Part shown: positions 15,593-26,684 of the stretch, in pieces
Position numbering within the stretch: the first letter of the stretch is position 1
How the letters are laid out: each line of letters begins with the position of its first letter
Assembly (NCBI RefSeq): GCF_963921235.1
Contig: NC_086108.1
Location: 22,878,001 to 22,942,000 of the forward strand
Direction of reading: 5' to 3'
DNA length: 64,000 nucleotides
From: Mobula hypostoma
Taxonomy: Eukaryota
Made by a program: the position numbers and the translations under genes
The notes under the pieces: model-generated
Databases searched by the model: none
What the model was told of the DNA's origin: nothing
The model's input: the letters and a program-made list of their open reading frames with translations, nothing else

Positions 15593-16210
15593 TTAGATTA
15601 TGAAGACACGCAGTCCTCTTTTATTGTCATTTAGTAATGCATGCATTAAGAAATGATACAATATTTCCTCCGGTGTGATATCACAAAGCACAGGACAGAC
15701 CAAGACTGAAAAAACTGACAAAACCACATAATTATAACATATAGTTACAACAGTGCAACAATACCATAACTTGATGAAGAAGTCCATTAGCACAGTGAAA
15801 GTTCAAAGTTTCTCAAATGTCCCACATCTCACGCAGACAGGAAAAGGAGGAAAAACTCTCCCTGCCGCGCCGACCACAATCCGACTCTGAGTCATCCGAA
15901 AACTTCGAGCTCTGATCAGCTCTCCAGCACCGAGTACTGAGCGCCATCTCTGTCCGAACGATTCGACCTCAATCTCGGTCGCCAATAGCAGGCAAAGCTG
16001 GGGATTTTGAGGCCTACCCTCTGAACAATTCCCGACCATGCAGTAACGACAGCAGCGAACGAGCGTTTCAGAAATTTCTCCAGATGTTCCTCTGTACTTT
16101 GACGTCCCTCTCCATCAAATCAGAATTATCCACAGCCCCTATTTAACGGATACGATATCATTTTTCACTGGAGGGCTGCGCACATGTGGTGCGCTGCTCT
16201 CTCTCCTCCC
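15593..16210 (-). mobile_element. Non-autonomous retroposon-like interspersed repeat, ending on the minus strand in AATAAA and an AATCT-type tail
   Basis: Collinear related copy at 25389-26048. The minus-strand 3' end reads ...TGACAATAAAAGAGGACTGCGTGTCTTCATAATCTAA. Confidence 0.7.
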
Positions 16211-16299
16211 GCCGATTTCTGTAATTATCTGTAATTTCACATACGTCCACCAGTTTGAGGTCATTCTGATACACCTTTTTAATGCTAACATATATGTCA

Positions 16300-16433
16300 T
16301 GGTTTTGTTAGTTTTTTCAGTCTTGGTCTGTCCTGTGTTTTGTGATATCACACCGGAGGAAATATTGTATCATTTCTTAATGCATGCATTACTAAATGAC
16401 AATAAAAGAGGACTGTGTGTCTTCATAATCTAA
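16300..16433 (+). mobile_element. 3'-end fragment of the same family, inverted relative to 15593-15726
   Basis: Reverse complement of 15593-15726, with 3 mismatches in ~134 bp by eye. Confidence 0.85.
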
Positions 16434-17707
16434 CTCCAACCTATGACTGACCCCTCTCAACATGCTGCTCTACAATCCTGTCAGAATTCCTCAGGCATCA
16501 ATCTCTCTCTCAGTGAAGAGCGGTGGGGAGAGGTAGAGCTCGGTTTGCAGTCTCTCACTGACCTGCGAATCCCCCGTTTCCCAGTGGAGCAGGTCTGCCA
16601 ACTGCCATCTCCCCCCATGCGCAGATTCTGATTGTTGCTAGATCAAGCTAGGAAGGGAGCAAACGGGGTTGTTGGGGTGGTGGAGAAGATAGAGGGAAAT
16701 GCTGAGAATGCTGAAGGGAGGACTCCTCCCTTGCCTGCTGTACCGAAGCATTTCTGTCCCTCCCTCTTGAACAATGACATGAGGCATGAGCTTTCACTTA
16801 TTTATTGGTCCCCACACCCCATGGACTCTGAGACAGGTCGTGGTGTAGGTGCCCATGGATTCTGAGATAGGTCGGGGTGTCGTGCTGATTTCACCTACTC
16901 ATGGGCTCTTTTCACCTAGTAGCACTATGAAACTGCATGAAAAGGTTGGCACTTCATCTACGAATTGGTCCACCCTGATGTACATTCAGACATTTCTCTC
17001 CAAGACCCATGTGAATTGTGTTCAGAGTTCAGGCTGAGCTCTTATCCTATGTGGACCATGGGATTAAGCGGCCATTCAGAAGCTGTAAGGGAAGTTCATA
17101 CTTTACGGTGGACTTCTGGCTACCAGCTGCCCCTACTTTTAAATTTGCATCTGTTAAACTTGGTGATTAGTATCCAACTCCATCTGACCCTTCACACATA
17201 GCTTCATCCACACCTTTATAACATCCCTTTTTATCAGATTCATTTCTAGTACGATGGTGTCATGCTTGGTTGCAGTGGGCTCTCCAGATCCAGTAAATGC
17301 TGCAAATGCATGCTTTAAACATCTTTTTTTGTGATTGCAAGATACACTTGGACATTGTTATAATAAAATACTGCGTTTGGTGGGACTGACGGCAAGGAGC
17401 TGTGTGGTCTCGGTTGTAGCACGGACCAGGTCCTCATGTTAGAGCCACCCAGGGGAGGAGGTGACTGCTGGAAGTCGTGTGAGAGGTAACAGAGGCTATG
17501 TGGGCATGTTGAAATCCACACTATTCTGGGAGCTGATCCCTACAGGCCAGGTCTCCTGTTGTTGAGGCATTTGTGGTTCTTAATTAGGCAACGAATAGAG
17601 GGATATGGACCATGGCAGATAGAAGGGGTTGTTTTAATTAAGTATTATTAGCTTAATTAGATTTTCACATCATCATGGGCAGAAGTACCTGTTCCTTTAC
17701 TGTTCCA

Positions 17708-18302
17708 CACTCAGTGGTCACTTTATTAGGTACCTCCTGTATTTCATAAAATAGCTGCTGAGTGCACAATCATCATCTTCTGCTGCTGTAGCCTATCCAC
17801 TTCAAGGTTCAACATGTGTATTCAGAGATGCTCTTCTGCACACCACTGTTGTAACAGAGGTTATTTAAGTTACTGTCGCCTCCCTGTCAGCTTGAACAAA
17901 TCTGGCCATTCTTCTCTGACCTCTCTCTCTTTAACAAGGCATTTTTGTTCACAGAACTTCTGATCACTGGATTTTTTTTTTCATTTTTCACATCATTCTT
18001 TGTAAACTTTGGTGTCTGTGTACATGAAAATCATTCTTTGTAAACTCTAGTGTCTGTGTGTATGAAAATCCCAGTAGATCAGTAGTTTCTGATACTCAAA
18101 CCACCCTGTCTGGCACCAACAGTCATTCCGTGTCAAAGTCACATTTCTTCCTCATTTTGATGTTTGGTCTGAACAACAACTGAACCTCTTGACCATGTTT
18201 TCATGCTTTTATGCTTTGAGTTGCTGCCACACAATTAGCTGATTAGATATTTGCATTAACAAGCAGCTGTACGGGTGTACCTAATAAAGAGGCCTCTGAA
18301 TG
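17708..18302. mobile_element. Tc1/mariner-type non-autonomous DNA transposon (MITE)
   Basis: Terminal inverted repeats CACTCAGTGGTCACTTTATTAGGTAC ... GTACCTAATAAAGAGGCCTCTGAATG, followed by TA. A second copy lies at ~41398-41885. Confidence 0.8.
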
Positions 18303-19310
18303 TATGTCCCACATTCTCCCAATTTAATTCACTCTAACGTTACTTGCCCAATATCAACTATTCCCAATTAATTCTCCCTAGCTCCTGCCTAATGTTAATG
18401 TAATCTACCCTCCCTTTAGCTACCGCATGAGGTTCCTTCTGCAAGCAACTTTGCCTCCCCATCTCCCTATATCACTATTCAAATGCACAGTTGTGCTGGT
18501 GTCGAAAAGGTATTTTGCTGTGGAGGAGCCCTGTTCCCTTCAATGAAAGCTGTTATCTGTTCACAGCTGTTGCTCTCTGAGGGTTGGCTGCTTTGTGTAA
18601 TTCTGTGTAGAATGCATAGATTGGATTTGACATTTTCTATCTCTCCCTCAATTGACCCCAATCTTGTAGCTGGAAATGATCTGTTTTTGCAGTGTATGTC
18701 AGTAGAGGTATAATTTATCCCAAGTCATTACAGCAATGAGCTTGCAAATCAATAACATGGCAATGCAGAAAGCAGGCTTCCTACTAGTACTGCCACAGGC
18801 TTCTATTCCTCAGCACAATTACTAACCTCTTAATGTTACTTAATGCTGATTAACCCTCACATCATCAAATGAATTTGCAGTTCCTGCCAATGGTTTGCAT
18901 TGTTATGGGTGTTTGGAGATGGCTGTAAATCCAGATCTGGGGTGAAGCATCTCAGCCTCTGCTCTGATGTTAGTCCTTCCTCTACAATCTGTCCTTTGTT
19001 AATTGCTGACACATACTTGGATCCTGAGCTATGCTCTGCTCTTTAGATATGTCTGTATCTTACCTGTTGTCTCTATGTATCCTGCCATGTCAAGTTCCTG
19101 CTGTCCACAAATTTCCTCTATCTTTGCACATCCAGTGCCTGTGCATATATAGGTATCTGTGCATATATAGGTCTGTAGGTATCCACAGTAGGTGCATACA
19201 TTGCATTTCTGCTATCTAAGGCATGGAAAAATGCAGCCTCAATATGCATAAATGGGATTAGTGTAAGTAGACACCATGGTCTGAAAGGCCATGACTGTGT
19301 GACTACTATC

Positions 19311-19423
19311 TGTGCATATTCACTGTCTGGCCCTATGCAGCAGTTTGTGCATATCCAATATTTGTGCATATTCACTGTCTGGCTCTATGTAGCGGTTTAT
19401 GCATATCCAATATTTGTGCATAT
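19311..19423. repeat. Short tandem duplication, 52-bp unit, ~2.2 copies, within a low-complexity TG/CT-rich tract (~19050-19980)
   Basis: TGTGCATATTCACTGTCTGG starts at 19311 and 19363, with a partial third start at 19415. Confidence 0.85.
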
Positions 19424-20463
19424 GCATCACCCTTGCTTGTACACTGTCTGTGAATACAGTATTCACTTTATGAAATAGATTAGCCCATATGAAACTATCC
19501 GTGCACATATGTTACCTATACTGTACTTAGCATGCTATTGATGTGTATCTAACAGTTTGTATGCATCTAACTGTGTGTGCCTATACCTTTTTGTCTCTGC
19601 CTCTCTGCGTCAATTACCTGGTTTTTGTGCATGTCTGTCTGCATCCTGCTACCTATGTTTTCCTTCTGTCCAACTTCTGTATACTCAGCTGTCCATATCT
19701 CTCTGCCTGTCCATACCATCCTACTTACACCTGTTCCGCTGTCTGCCCTCTCACTGCTCCAAATGTCTATTTGCTGCCTGTTCTATGCTTGTCATCTGGT
19801 CCTTGCTTGATGTCTGACTCTTGCCTGCTATTTAACCTCCCTCTCCTGTCTAATGCAGCCTGTTATTTGTTGCTCTATCCAATCCAAAATTTCATGTCTG
19901 CTTTCCTATCTGACCGTTACCTTTTTGTTGGTCTTTCCTGTCTGACTCCAGCCCTAACTTGTTCCCTGTACCCCTGCTGTTCTTATTCAATCCTTGTTAT
20001 TCTGTCAGTACTTTTACAATTGATGGATTGTGTTAGGCTGGTTCCAGATTTACAGGGGACTTTGGTGAAGTCTGTAAATATATTACGGAAATAGAGAGGG
20101 CTCTTGAGGTGTATATAGGTTGGCATCACTTCTGGGCTTAAAGCAATATGGGATTTGTTTCCCAGACCATCTGTTTCTTGTGAATTAATTGCTCTGATCT
20201 GCACTGTCAGATGTTGTGCCGTCGCTGTGTGAAGCAACAAGGCTAAGTTGCTGCCTGGACCTTTTCACAATGGGCTAAGCTATTTCTAATTTTAACAGAG
20301 ATTTGGAGATATTATACTAATGGACATAAAGACCATCACCATTGGATCTAACTTGTCAGCAGCAATTTCTAAAATACAGGATGTATTTCAGCAAAGTTGA
20401 TGCCAAAATGATGCAAGTTAGGAGATATGTGGCTTCCTTTTTAAAGGTTGATCATCTGTCCTT

Positions 20464-20860
20464 AGTCATAGTAGTCATAGTCATACTTTATTGATCCCGG
20501 GGGAAATTGGTTTTCGTTACAGTTGCACCATAAATAATTAAATAGTAATAAACCCATAAATAATTAAATAGTAACATGTAAATTATGCCAGGAAGTAAGT
20601 CCAGGACCAGCCTATTGGCTCAGGGTGTCTGACCCTCCAAGGAAAGAGTTGTAAAGTTTGATGGCCACAGCAGGAATGTCTTCCTATGACGCTTAGTGTT
20701 GCATCTCGGTGGAATGAGTCTCTGGCTGAATGTACTCCTGTTCCCAACCAGTCCATTATGTAGTGGATGGGAGACATTGTCCAAAATGGCATGCAACTTG
20801 GACAGCATCCTCTTTTCAGACAGAGAGTTCAGTTCCATCCCCACAACATCACTGGCCTTA
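20464..20860 (-). mobile_element. Rex1/Babar-type LINE 3' fragment
   Basis: Minus-strand translation LHAILDNVSHPLH...RSTFSQRLIPPRCNTKRHRKTF resembles the Rex1/Babar ORF C-terminus. It is followed by a 3' UTR with AATAAA and a (TATGAC)n tail. Confidence 0.75.
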
Positions 20861-21289
20861 TGTCCTTGCTTGGAAAGGTGCTACAAGTCTGTCTTAAGAA
20901 CATTACCTAAAGAATTACTGTGAGTGGGCAACATCAGAATTTTGTCACCATTTATTAGATCTGCAGAAGGGAGGCTATCCAACAGAACCACTTACGGTTC
21001 AGACTGAACCCATGAATACTGTAAACTGGTTTCATGATGCAGCTCCTAATGTGCATCAGGACCATGAAGAAGAACATGGGCTAGCATCTGAGATGGGGTA
21101 GTGGGAAGTGAGTATAGGTCTGGAGTAGTGGAGCTGCAGACAAATTGTTGTCAATGGATAGTGGTGTTTCAAGTGCATGTCAAGATGCCGCTCAAAGGTT
21201 CTGGGAGTCTCTGCTTTACCATCTCCTCTGTCAGTGCATTCGAGATTCCAATCATCATTGGGGGCATGAGGGATAGGAATATCTACTTG

Positions 21290-22640
21290 AGATCCCCTCT
21301 ACACCTGCAACCTTTTTCCTTAAACCCATGCTTTCTGGTTTTAGACACCTTTGCTAAGGACAAAACATTTCCCTTTCTGTGGCCTTCATAATTCTGTATT
21401 TTACAATCAGGGCCCCATCATCCTTCTCTCACTACCAATCACACCACACTCATTGATGACCTAAATTACCTCCTCAAAAAATTCAATCAAATTAGTCAAC
21501 AGCAACTCCCCATGATGGAACCCACTGACTAACCCTGGTTTTCCAATGCAGATTAATCTTGTCCTGCAGATTATTTTTCAACTATTTCCTTTTCACTGAT
21601 GTTAGACTCAGCAGCATGTCAGTATCTGGTTGACCATTGATGCCTTTCTTGAATTAAGCTTACCACATTCATGTCCTCCAGTCATTCGGCACTGCATCTG
21701 TATCCAATGAAATTTTAAACATTTGTCAGAGCTTCAGGAGTCTCACTGCTTCCCTTCGGCAGCAGCTTGGGATACAGTGCATCAGGCATTGGAACTTGCT
21801 TACCTTTTAGCCAGCAGGATATCTTTTACCTTATCTTTTCGATGGCAACTGTTCTAAAAATCCCCCAACCCCTCCTTGAATTCTCCAGCCTCACTGACAT
21901 CTTTGCAATGAATAGAGATTCAAAGTATTCATTTAACACCTCACCTACATCTTCCAGCTCCAAGCAGAAAATGCCATTTTGGTTTCCAGTAGCCGCTTCT
22001 ATTTTTCTGATTACTCTTTGTCATTAATATACATGTATGTTGTAGGGTTTTTATTTGATCTTGCCTGTTAGTGTTATCCTTTGCCCCCTTTGGCCTACCT
22101 AATTACATTTATACACATGCTCTTAAATATTCTCTGCTCCTGTATAACATGTCCTGTGTTTAATTATCTAATCCTGCAGTAGGTTGCTCTCCCTTTTAAA
22201 CCCAACCATTGATATGTCTAGTTACTGGAAATCTTTGAATTTGTTTTTCTTCATTTTCACCTGAATGGGAATTCCCGCCAGTTTATTCTTGAATGCCTCT
22301 CACTGGTTGCTTTGAAGTACTTTCTCCCACTCCACTTTTGCCAGAAGTTCAGTTGTCCCTCAGGATCTTAGTTCCTAATCTGTCCTTGTGCTTCTGCATG
22401 TGGCGTCAAAACTCAGAATTATGGTCACTATTTCCAAAATGCTCCCCCTCTGCCACTCCCTCCAATTGTCTCTCTACATTCACTAAAATTAGGTCCAGTA
22501 TTGCCCCTTCTCTGGCAGGACAATCTAAGGATTGCTCAACATCTATGCTGGATGCACTTTAAAAAAGAAGCCCATTCCCTTAAGGCATTTCACACTAAGA
22601 TAATCCAGATAGTAATGGGGAAATTGGAAGCCATAACCAC
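21290..22640 (-). mobile_element. Heavily decayed CR1-type LINE ORF2 remnants
   Basis: Patchy similarity to the reverse complement of the CR1 at 60476-63254; no intact frame. Confidence 0.5.
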
Positions 22641-23283
22641 CACTTTGCACCATAGACACATTCCTGATACTGCTTTTGGTCAGCGATATTGGTTTAATAA
22701 TAAGGTCCTCAACCATTTTGTGAACCAGGAGATAGCTGTCAGCCCTAAGACACTAGGAAATGGGAACAGATCAATCAACCAGCCACAAGATCAATGTCAG
22801 AGGGGAAAAAAGACACCATATGGTAGAAATCTATCAGTCAGAATCTTTGGAAAGAGAAACAGTCAACCCTTCAGGGCTAAGGCCCTTCAACTGGACTAAG
22901 AAAGAAGTGGAAAGAGAATAAATGAGTTTGCTGCAGAGAAGTGGGAGGGATGGCTAGAATGAAGGGAAAATCTCTGATAGGCCGAGACCAAATGAGTCAG
23001 TGGCAGTTAGAAGCAGATCCTGAACTTGGAACATAGAACAATACAGCACAGAGGTGGGCCCTTTGGCCTACGTCATGCCAGAATAACTAAACTAGCAATT
23101 AAATGCATAATTAAAATAATCGCATCTGCCTACACAATTATCGTACCCCTCCGATCTCTGCTAAGAGCTTCTTAAGCACTTATTTCATATTTGCCTCCAC
23201 TACCAGCCCTGGTAGCACATTCCAGGCACTCACTACTCTACATAAACAATAAAAACTTGCCCAGCACATCTTCTTTGAACTTA

Positions 23284-23614
23284 AACACAAAATACTCTGC
23301 AGATGCTGGGGTCAAAGCAACACTCACAACACGCTGGAGGAACTCAGCAGGTCAGGCAGCATCCGTGGAAATGATCAGTCAACGTTTCGGGCCGGAACCC
23401 TTCATCAGGACTGAAGAGGGAAGGGGCAGAAGCCCTATAAAGAAGGTGGGGGGAGGGTGGGAAGGAGAAGGCTGGTAAGTTTCAGGTGAAAAACCAGTAA
23501 GGAGAAAGATAAAGGGGTGGGAGAGGGGAAGCAGGGAGGTGATAGGCAGGAAAGGCGAAGAAGGAATAAGGGAAAACACAATGGGTAGTAGAAGGAGGTG
23601 GAACCATGAGGGAG
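23284..23614 (-). mobile_element. Short Penelope-derived terminal (pseudo-LTR) insertion with an 11-bp target-site duplication
   Basis: Flanked by CTTTGAACTTA at 23273-23283 and 23615-23625. Homologous to the 3' end (~29090-29400) of the Penelope element in this window. Confidence 0.85.
23375..23414 (-). ncRNA. Minimal type I hammerhead ribozyme motif (Penelope-associated)
   Basis: The minus strand reads TCAGTC-CTGATGA-AGGGTTCCGGCCC-GAAA-CGTT-GACTGA. It has the CUGAUGA and GAAA cores, a 6-bp stem I (TCAGTC/GACTGA), stem II GGG/CCC, and palindromic AACGTT in place of stem III. Confidence 0.8.
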
Positions 23615-24204
23615 CTTTGAACTTACCCCTTCTCACCTTAAATGTATGTCCTCTAGAAATCAATATTTTAACACTGGGAAAAAAGATACCGGCTCTCTAC
23701 TCTATCTATCTTTCTCATAAACCTCTATCAGATCTCCACTCAGCCTCTGCTGTTCCAGAGCAAATAACTCAAGTATATCCAAACTCTGCTTGTAGTACGT
23801 CCCCTATAGTCTGGTCTGCATCCTGGTAAACATCTTCTGCACCTTCTATTGCCTCCACATCCTTCCTATAATAGGGTGACCAGACTGAATGCAATACCCT
23901 AGACATAGCCTAGGCAGAGTTTTATAAAGCTGCAAAGTAAATTCATGACTTTTGAACTCAGTGCCCAACTAAAAACGGCAAACATGCCATATGCCATCTT
24001 TACCCTTGTTTATTTGTCTATGCTAACAGCAAAGCTCTGGGACAGGCCCAGCAAGCCAGGCTATGTTAACGGGGAAAGGTGCCATAAGCTGAGCTAAGAT
24101 GAGAAAATGATAGTTTTACCATTAAAGCATTCAAATCCAAACACAAAGAAAAAGGTCTTCCACCAGGTTATCAGAGTTGGTAGTGTGTGTCACCTGGGCA
24201 CTGT

Positions 24205-24560
24205 GCCAATATCATCATCATCAAAATTATGTGCCAAGTCATTTGATGTAGTTGATCATGGCCTTTACCATGATTGTTCTTGGCAAAGTTTTCTGCAGAA
24301 GTGGTTAGCCTTTGCCTTCTTCTAGGCAGTGTCTTTACACAATGGATGACCCCAGCCATTATCAATACTCTTCAGAGGTTGTCTTCAGTGGCTGCATAAA
24401 CCAGGACTTGAGATATGCACCTGCTGCTCATATGACCATCCACAACTTGCTCCCATGGCTTCACGTGAACCTAAGCAGGTCCTATACCTTGCCTAAGGTG
24501 ACTTACAAGCTATCAGAGAGAAGGAGAAGATTACGTCTGCTTTGGTAGAGATGTATCTCC
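24205..24560 (-). mobile_element. RTE-related SINE-like repeat with a (TGA)n tail
   Basis: Related to the plus-strand copy at 58975-59200. It shares a GGC(A/T)AACCA..TCTG.AGAAAA..TTGCCAAGAA motif reminiscent of RTE/BovA-type ends. Confidence 0.55.
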
Positions 24561-25388
24561 ACCCCACCATCCACATCTTGCCAATATCAGGATGTGAGAG
24601 ATGGTGACTGCGAGCTTGCCCCTCCACCAGTGCCCTGGGGGATGTCTGTCAGATGGCCAAACCAGCATGATGCTATCAGACTGCGAACTCGCAGTTAGAA
24701 TCTGCCCAGTCATATCCCAAGGCTTCTGCAGAGTCTCAGGGCCCTTCCACCAGCCGCCGGGGTGAAGACTGCATGAGAGCAAGAAGGAGGACATGGATGT
24801 GTGCAAGACAGACATGAAGGGTGCTTGTCTGCAGACTCATGCTTTGTTTTGGGTATGCTTGTATGCTCTTAGTCTTTGTATTATGGCCAAGTGGATGCTG
24901 CAAAGGTTGGCTGGTGGCCTAAGGAAAGCTGTTGGTCAATGGGGAATAAGGATTAGTCAGTAGAAACGAATGTGATGAGAAATAACTTCACTCACGTAGC
25001 TGTGAATCTTTGACATTCTCTACCCCAGGATTGGTGGAGTAAATTGGGTTGGAGACTGGGATAAGGCAGTGGAGATGAGAAAATGAGAGTTTGGAAAGTG
25101 CAGGAATGCAAGAGTGCAAGACATGCAAAGAGATGTGACACATTACTGTCCACCAGTTGGATAATGGCTGAATCACCTCATCTATTTTCTGTTCATTTAC
25201 AGTTGAATGAGCTTCTGACAGATTGACCAAACAGCAAGTGATTTCCTAGCTTGCGCCTTGCCTTTCATTTCTTCTTTCTTTTCCTCTTTCTTCCTCTCTC
25301 AGCGCCTTCCTCCTGCTACTCTGTAGCACTTCAGGCTGTGCAAAGTACAAGGACTATCATCAGTATTAGATTTGTTATTACTGACATA

Positions 25389-26048
25389 TTAGATTAGATT
25401 ATGGGGACACTCAGTCCTCATTTATTATCATTTAGAAATGCATGCATTAAAAAATGATACAATGTTCCTCCAGTATGATATCACCGAAACACAAGACAGA
25501 CCAAGACTAAAACTGACAAAGACCACATAATTATAACATATAGTTACAACAGTGCAAAGCAATACCGTAATTAGATAAGAGCAGACCATGGGCACAGTAA
25601 AAAAAAAAGTCTCAAAGTCCCAATAGCCCCAACATCTCACGCAGACAGTAGAAGGGAGAAAGTCTCCCTGCCATGAGCTTTCAGCGCCGCAAACTTGCCG
25701 AAGCAGCATCCTGGAAGCACCTGACCACAATCCAACTCTGAGTCTGTCCGAAACTTCGAGCCTCTGACCAGCCCTCCAACACCGAGGACCAAGTACCATT
25801 TCTGCCGAGCGCTTCGACTCCGCCCCCGGCTGCCAAGCAACAGGCAAAGCCAAGGATTTGGGGCCTTCTCCTCTGGAGATTTCGTATCACACAGTGGCGG
25901 TGGCAGTGAAACAGGCATTTCAGAAGTTTCACCAGATGTTCCTCCGTGCTTGCACTTCTGTCTCCATCAAATCAGAATTGTGCACAGCATCCTACTTGAC
26001 AGATTACAGATATTCATCTGTGTCGCACCGCCACCTTCTCCTCCTCCA
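25389..26048 (-). mobile_element. Second copy of the non-autonomous retroposon-like family seen at 15593
   Basis: Collinear with 15593-16210, with an (AATCT)n tail at the left end. Confidence 0.75.
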
Positions 26049-26059
26049 TCTTGTGGGAT

Positions 26060-26425
26060 TTGTTATGTTGTGGCAGCAGAACAGCACAAGACAAAAAATT
26101 ATCAATTACAATAAGAAATAAATAGTGCCAAAGAGGAGTAGAGAGGTCGTCTCCAGAGACTTTCAAAAGTCTGATGGCAGAAGGGAAGATGCATTGGTCA
26201 TGGGTCCAGTCTCTTCAGTAGAGGGTATGCCCCATGAGGTGAGGGTCCTTCATGATGATGCTGCCCTCTTGAGGCACCATCCTTTGAAATGTCCTCAATG
26301 GTGAGGAGGGTCTGCCCGTGATGGAGCTGCCTGAGTCTATGACCCTCTCCAGCCTTTTTTGATCCTCTGCACTGGAGCCTCCATACTAGGTTCTCCACGG
26401 TACATCTGTAGAAATTTGCTGGCAT
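26060..26425 (-). mobile_element. Decayed Rex1/Babar- or L2-like LINE fragment
   Basis: Minus-strand translation begins ANFYRCTVE, a typical motif of this ORF region, and is frameshifted thereafter. Confidence 0.55.
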
Positions 26426-26684
26426 AGGAAGAAGAAACGTTTATAGGATACTTATGAGGTTTTTTTTTGTTTTACCAAAAGTAGTGGATGCTTGGAATTC
26501 ACTGCTTGGGGAGGTGGTGGAAGTAGATATGATAACAATGTTTAAGAGGCTTTTAGACAAATAGATAAACTGACTGTGGTTGAGGGGTTTAGTCCAGTTG
26601 CAGGCTGGTGGGATTAATTAAAATTGGTATCAATCATCACTAAAGACATTGTGAGTCAAAGAGCCTGTTCCTCTGCCCGTCTAC

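Larger units (their letters stand above)
23028..24005 (-). mobile_element. CR1-type LINE 3' end, interrupted by a Penelope-derived insert
   Basis: The tail motif GAACATAGAACA and the antisense of the CR1 RT C-terminus continue on both sides of 23284-23614. Confidence 0.7.

Noticed and set aside
19543..20094. 183-aa Cys/Leu-rich ORF
   Set aside because: It arises from low-complexity TG/CT-rich sequence depleted of stop codons and shows no domain motifs.
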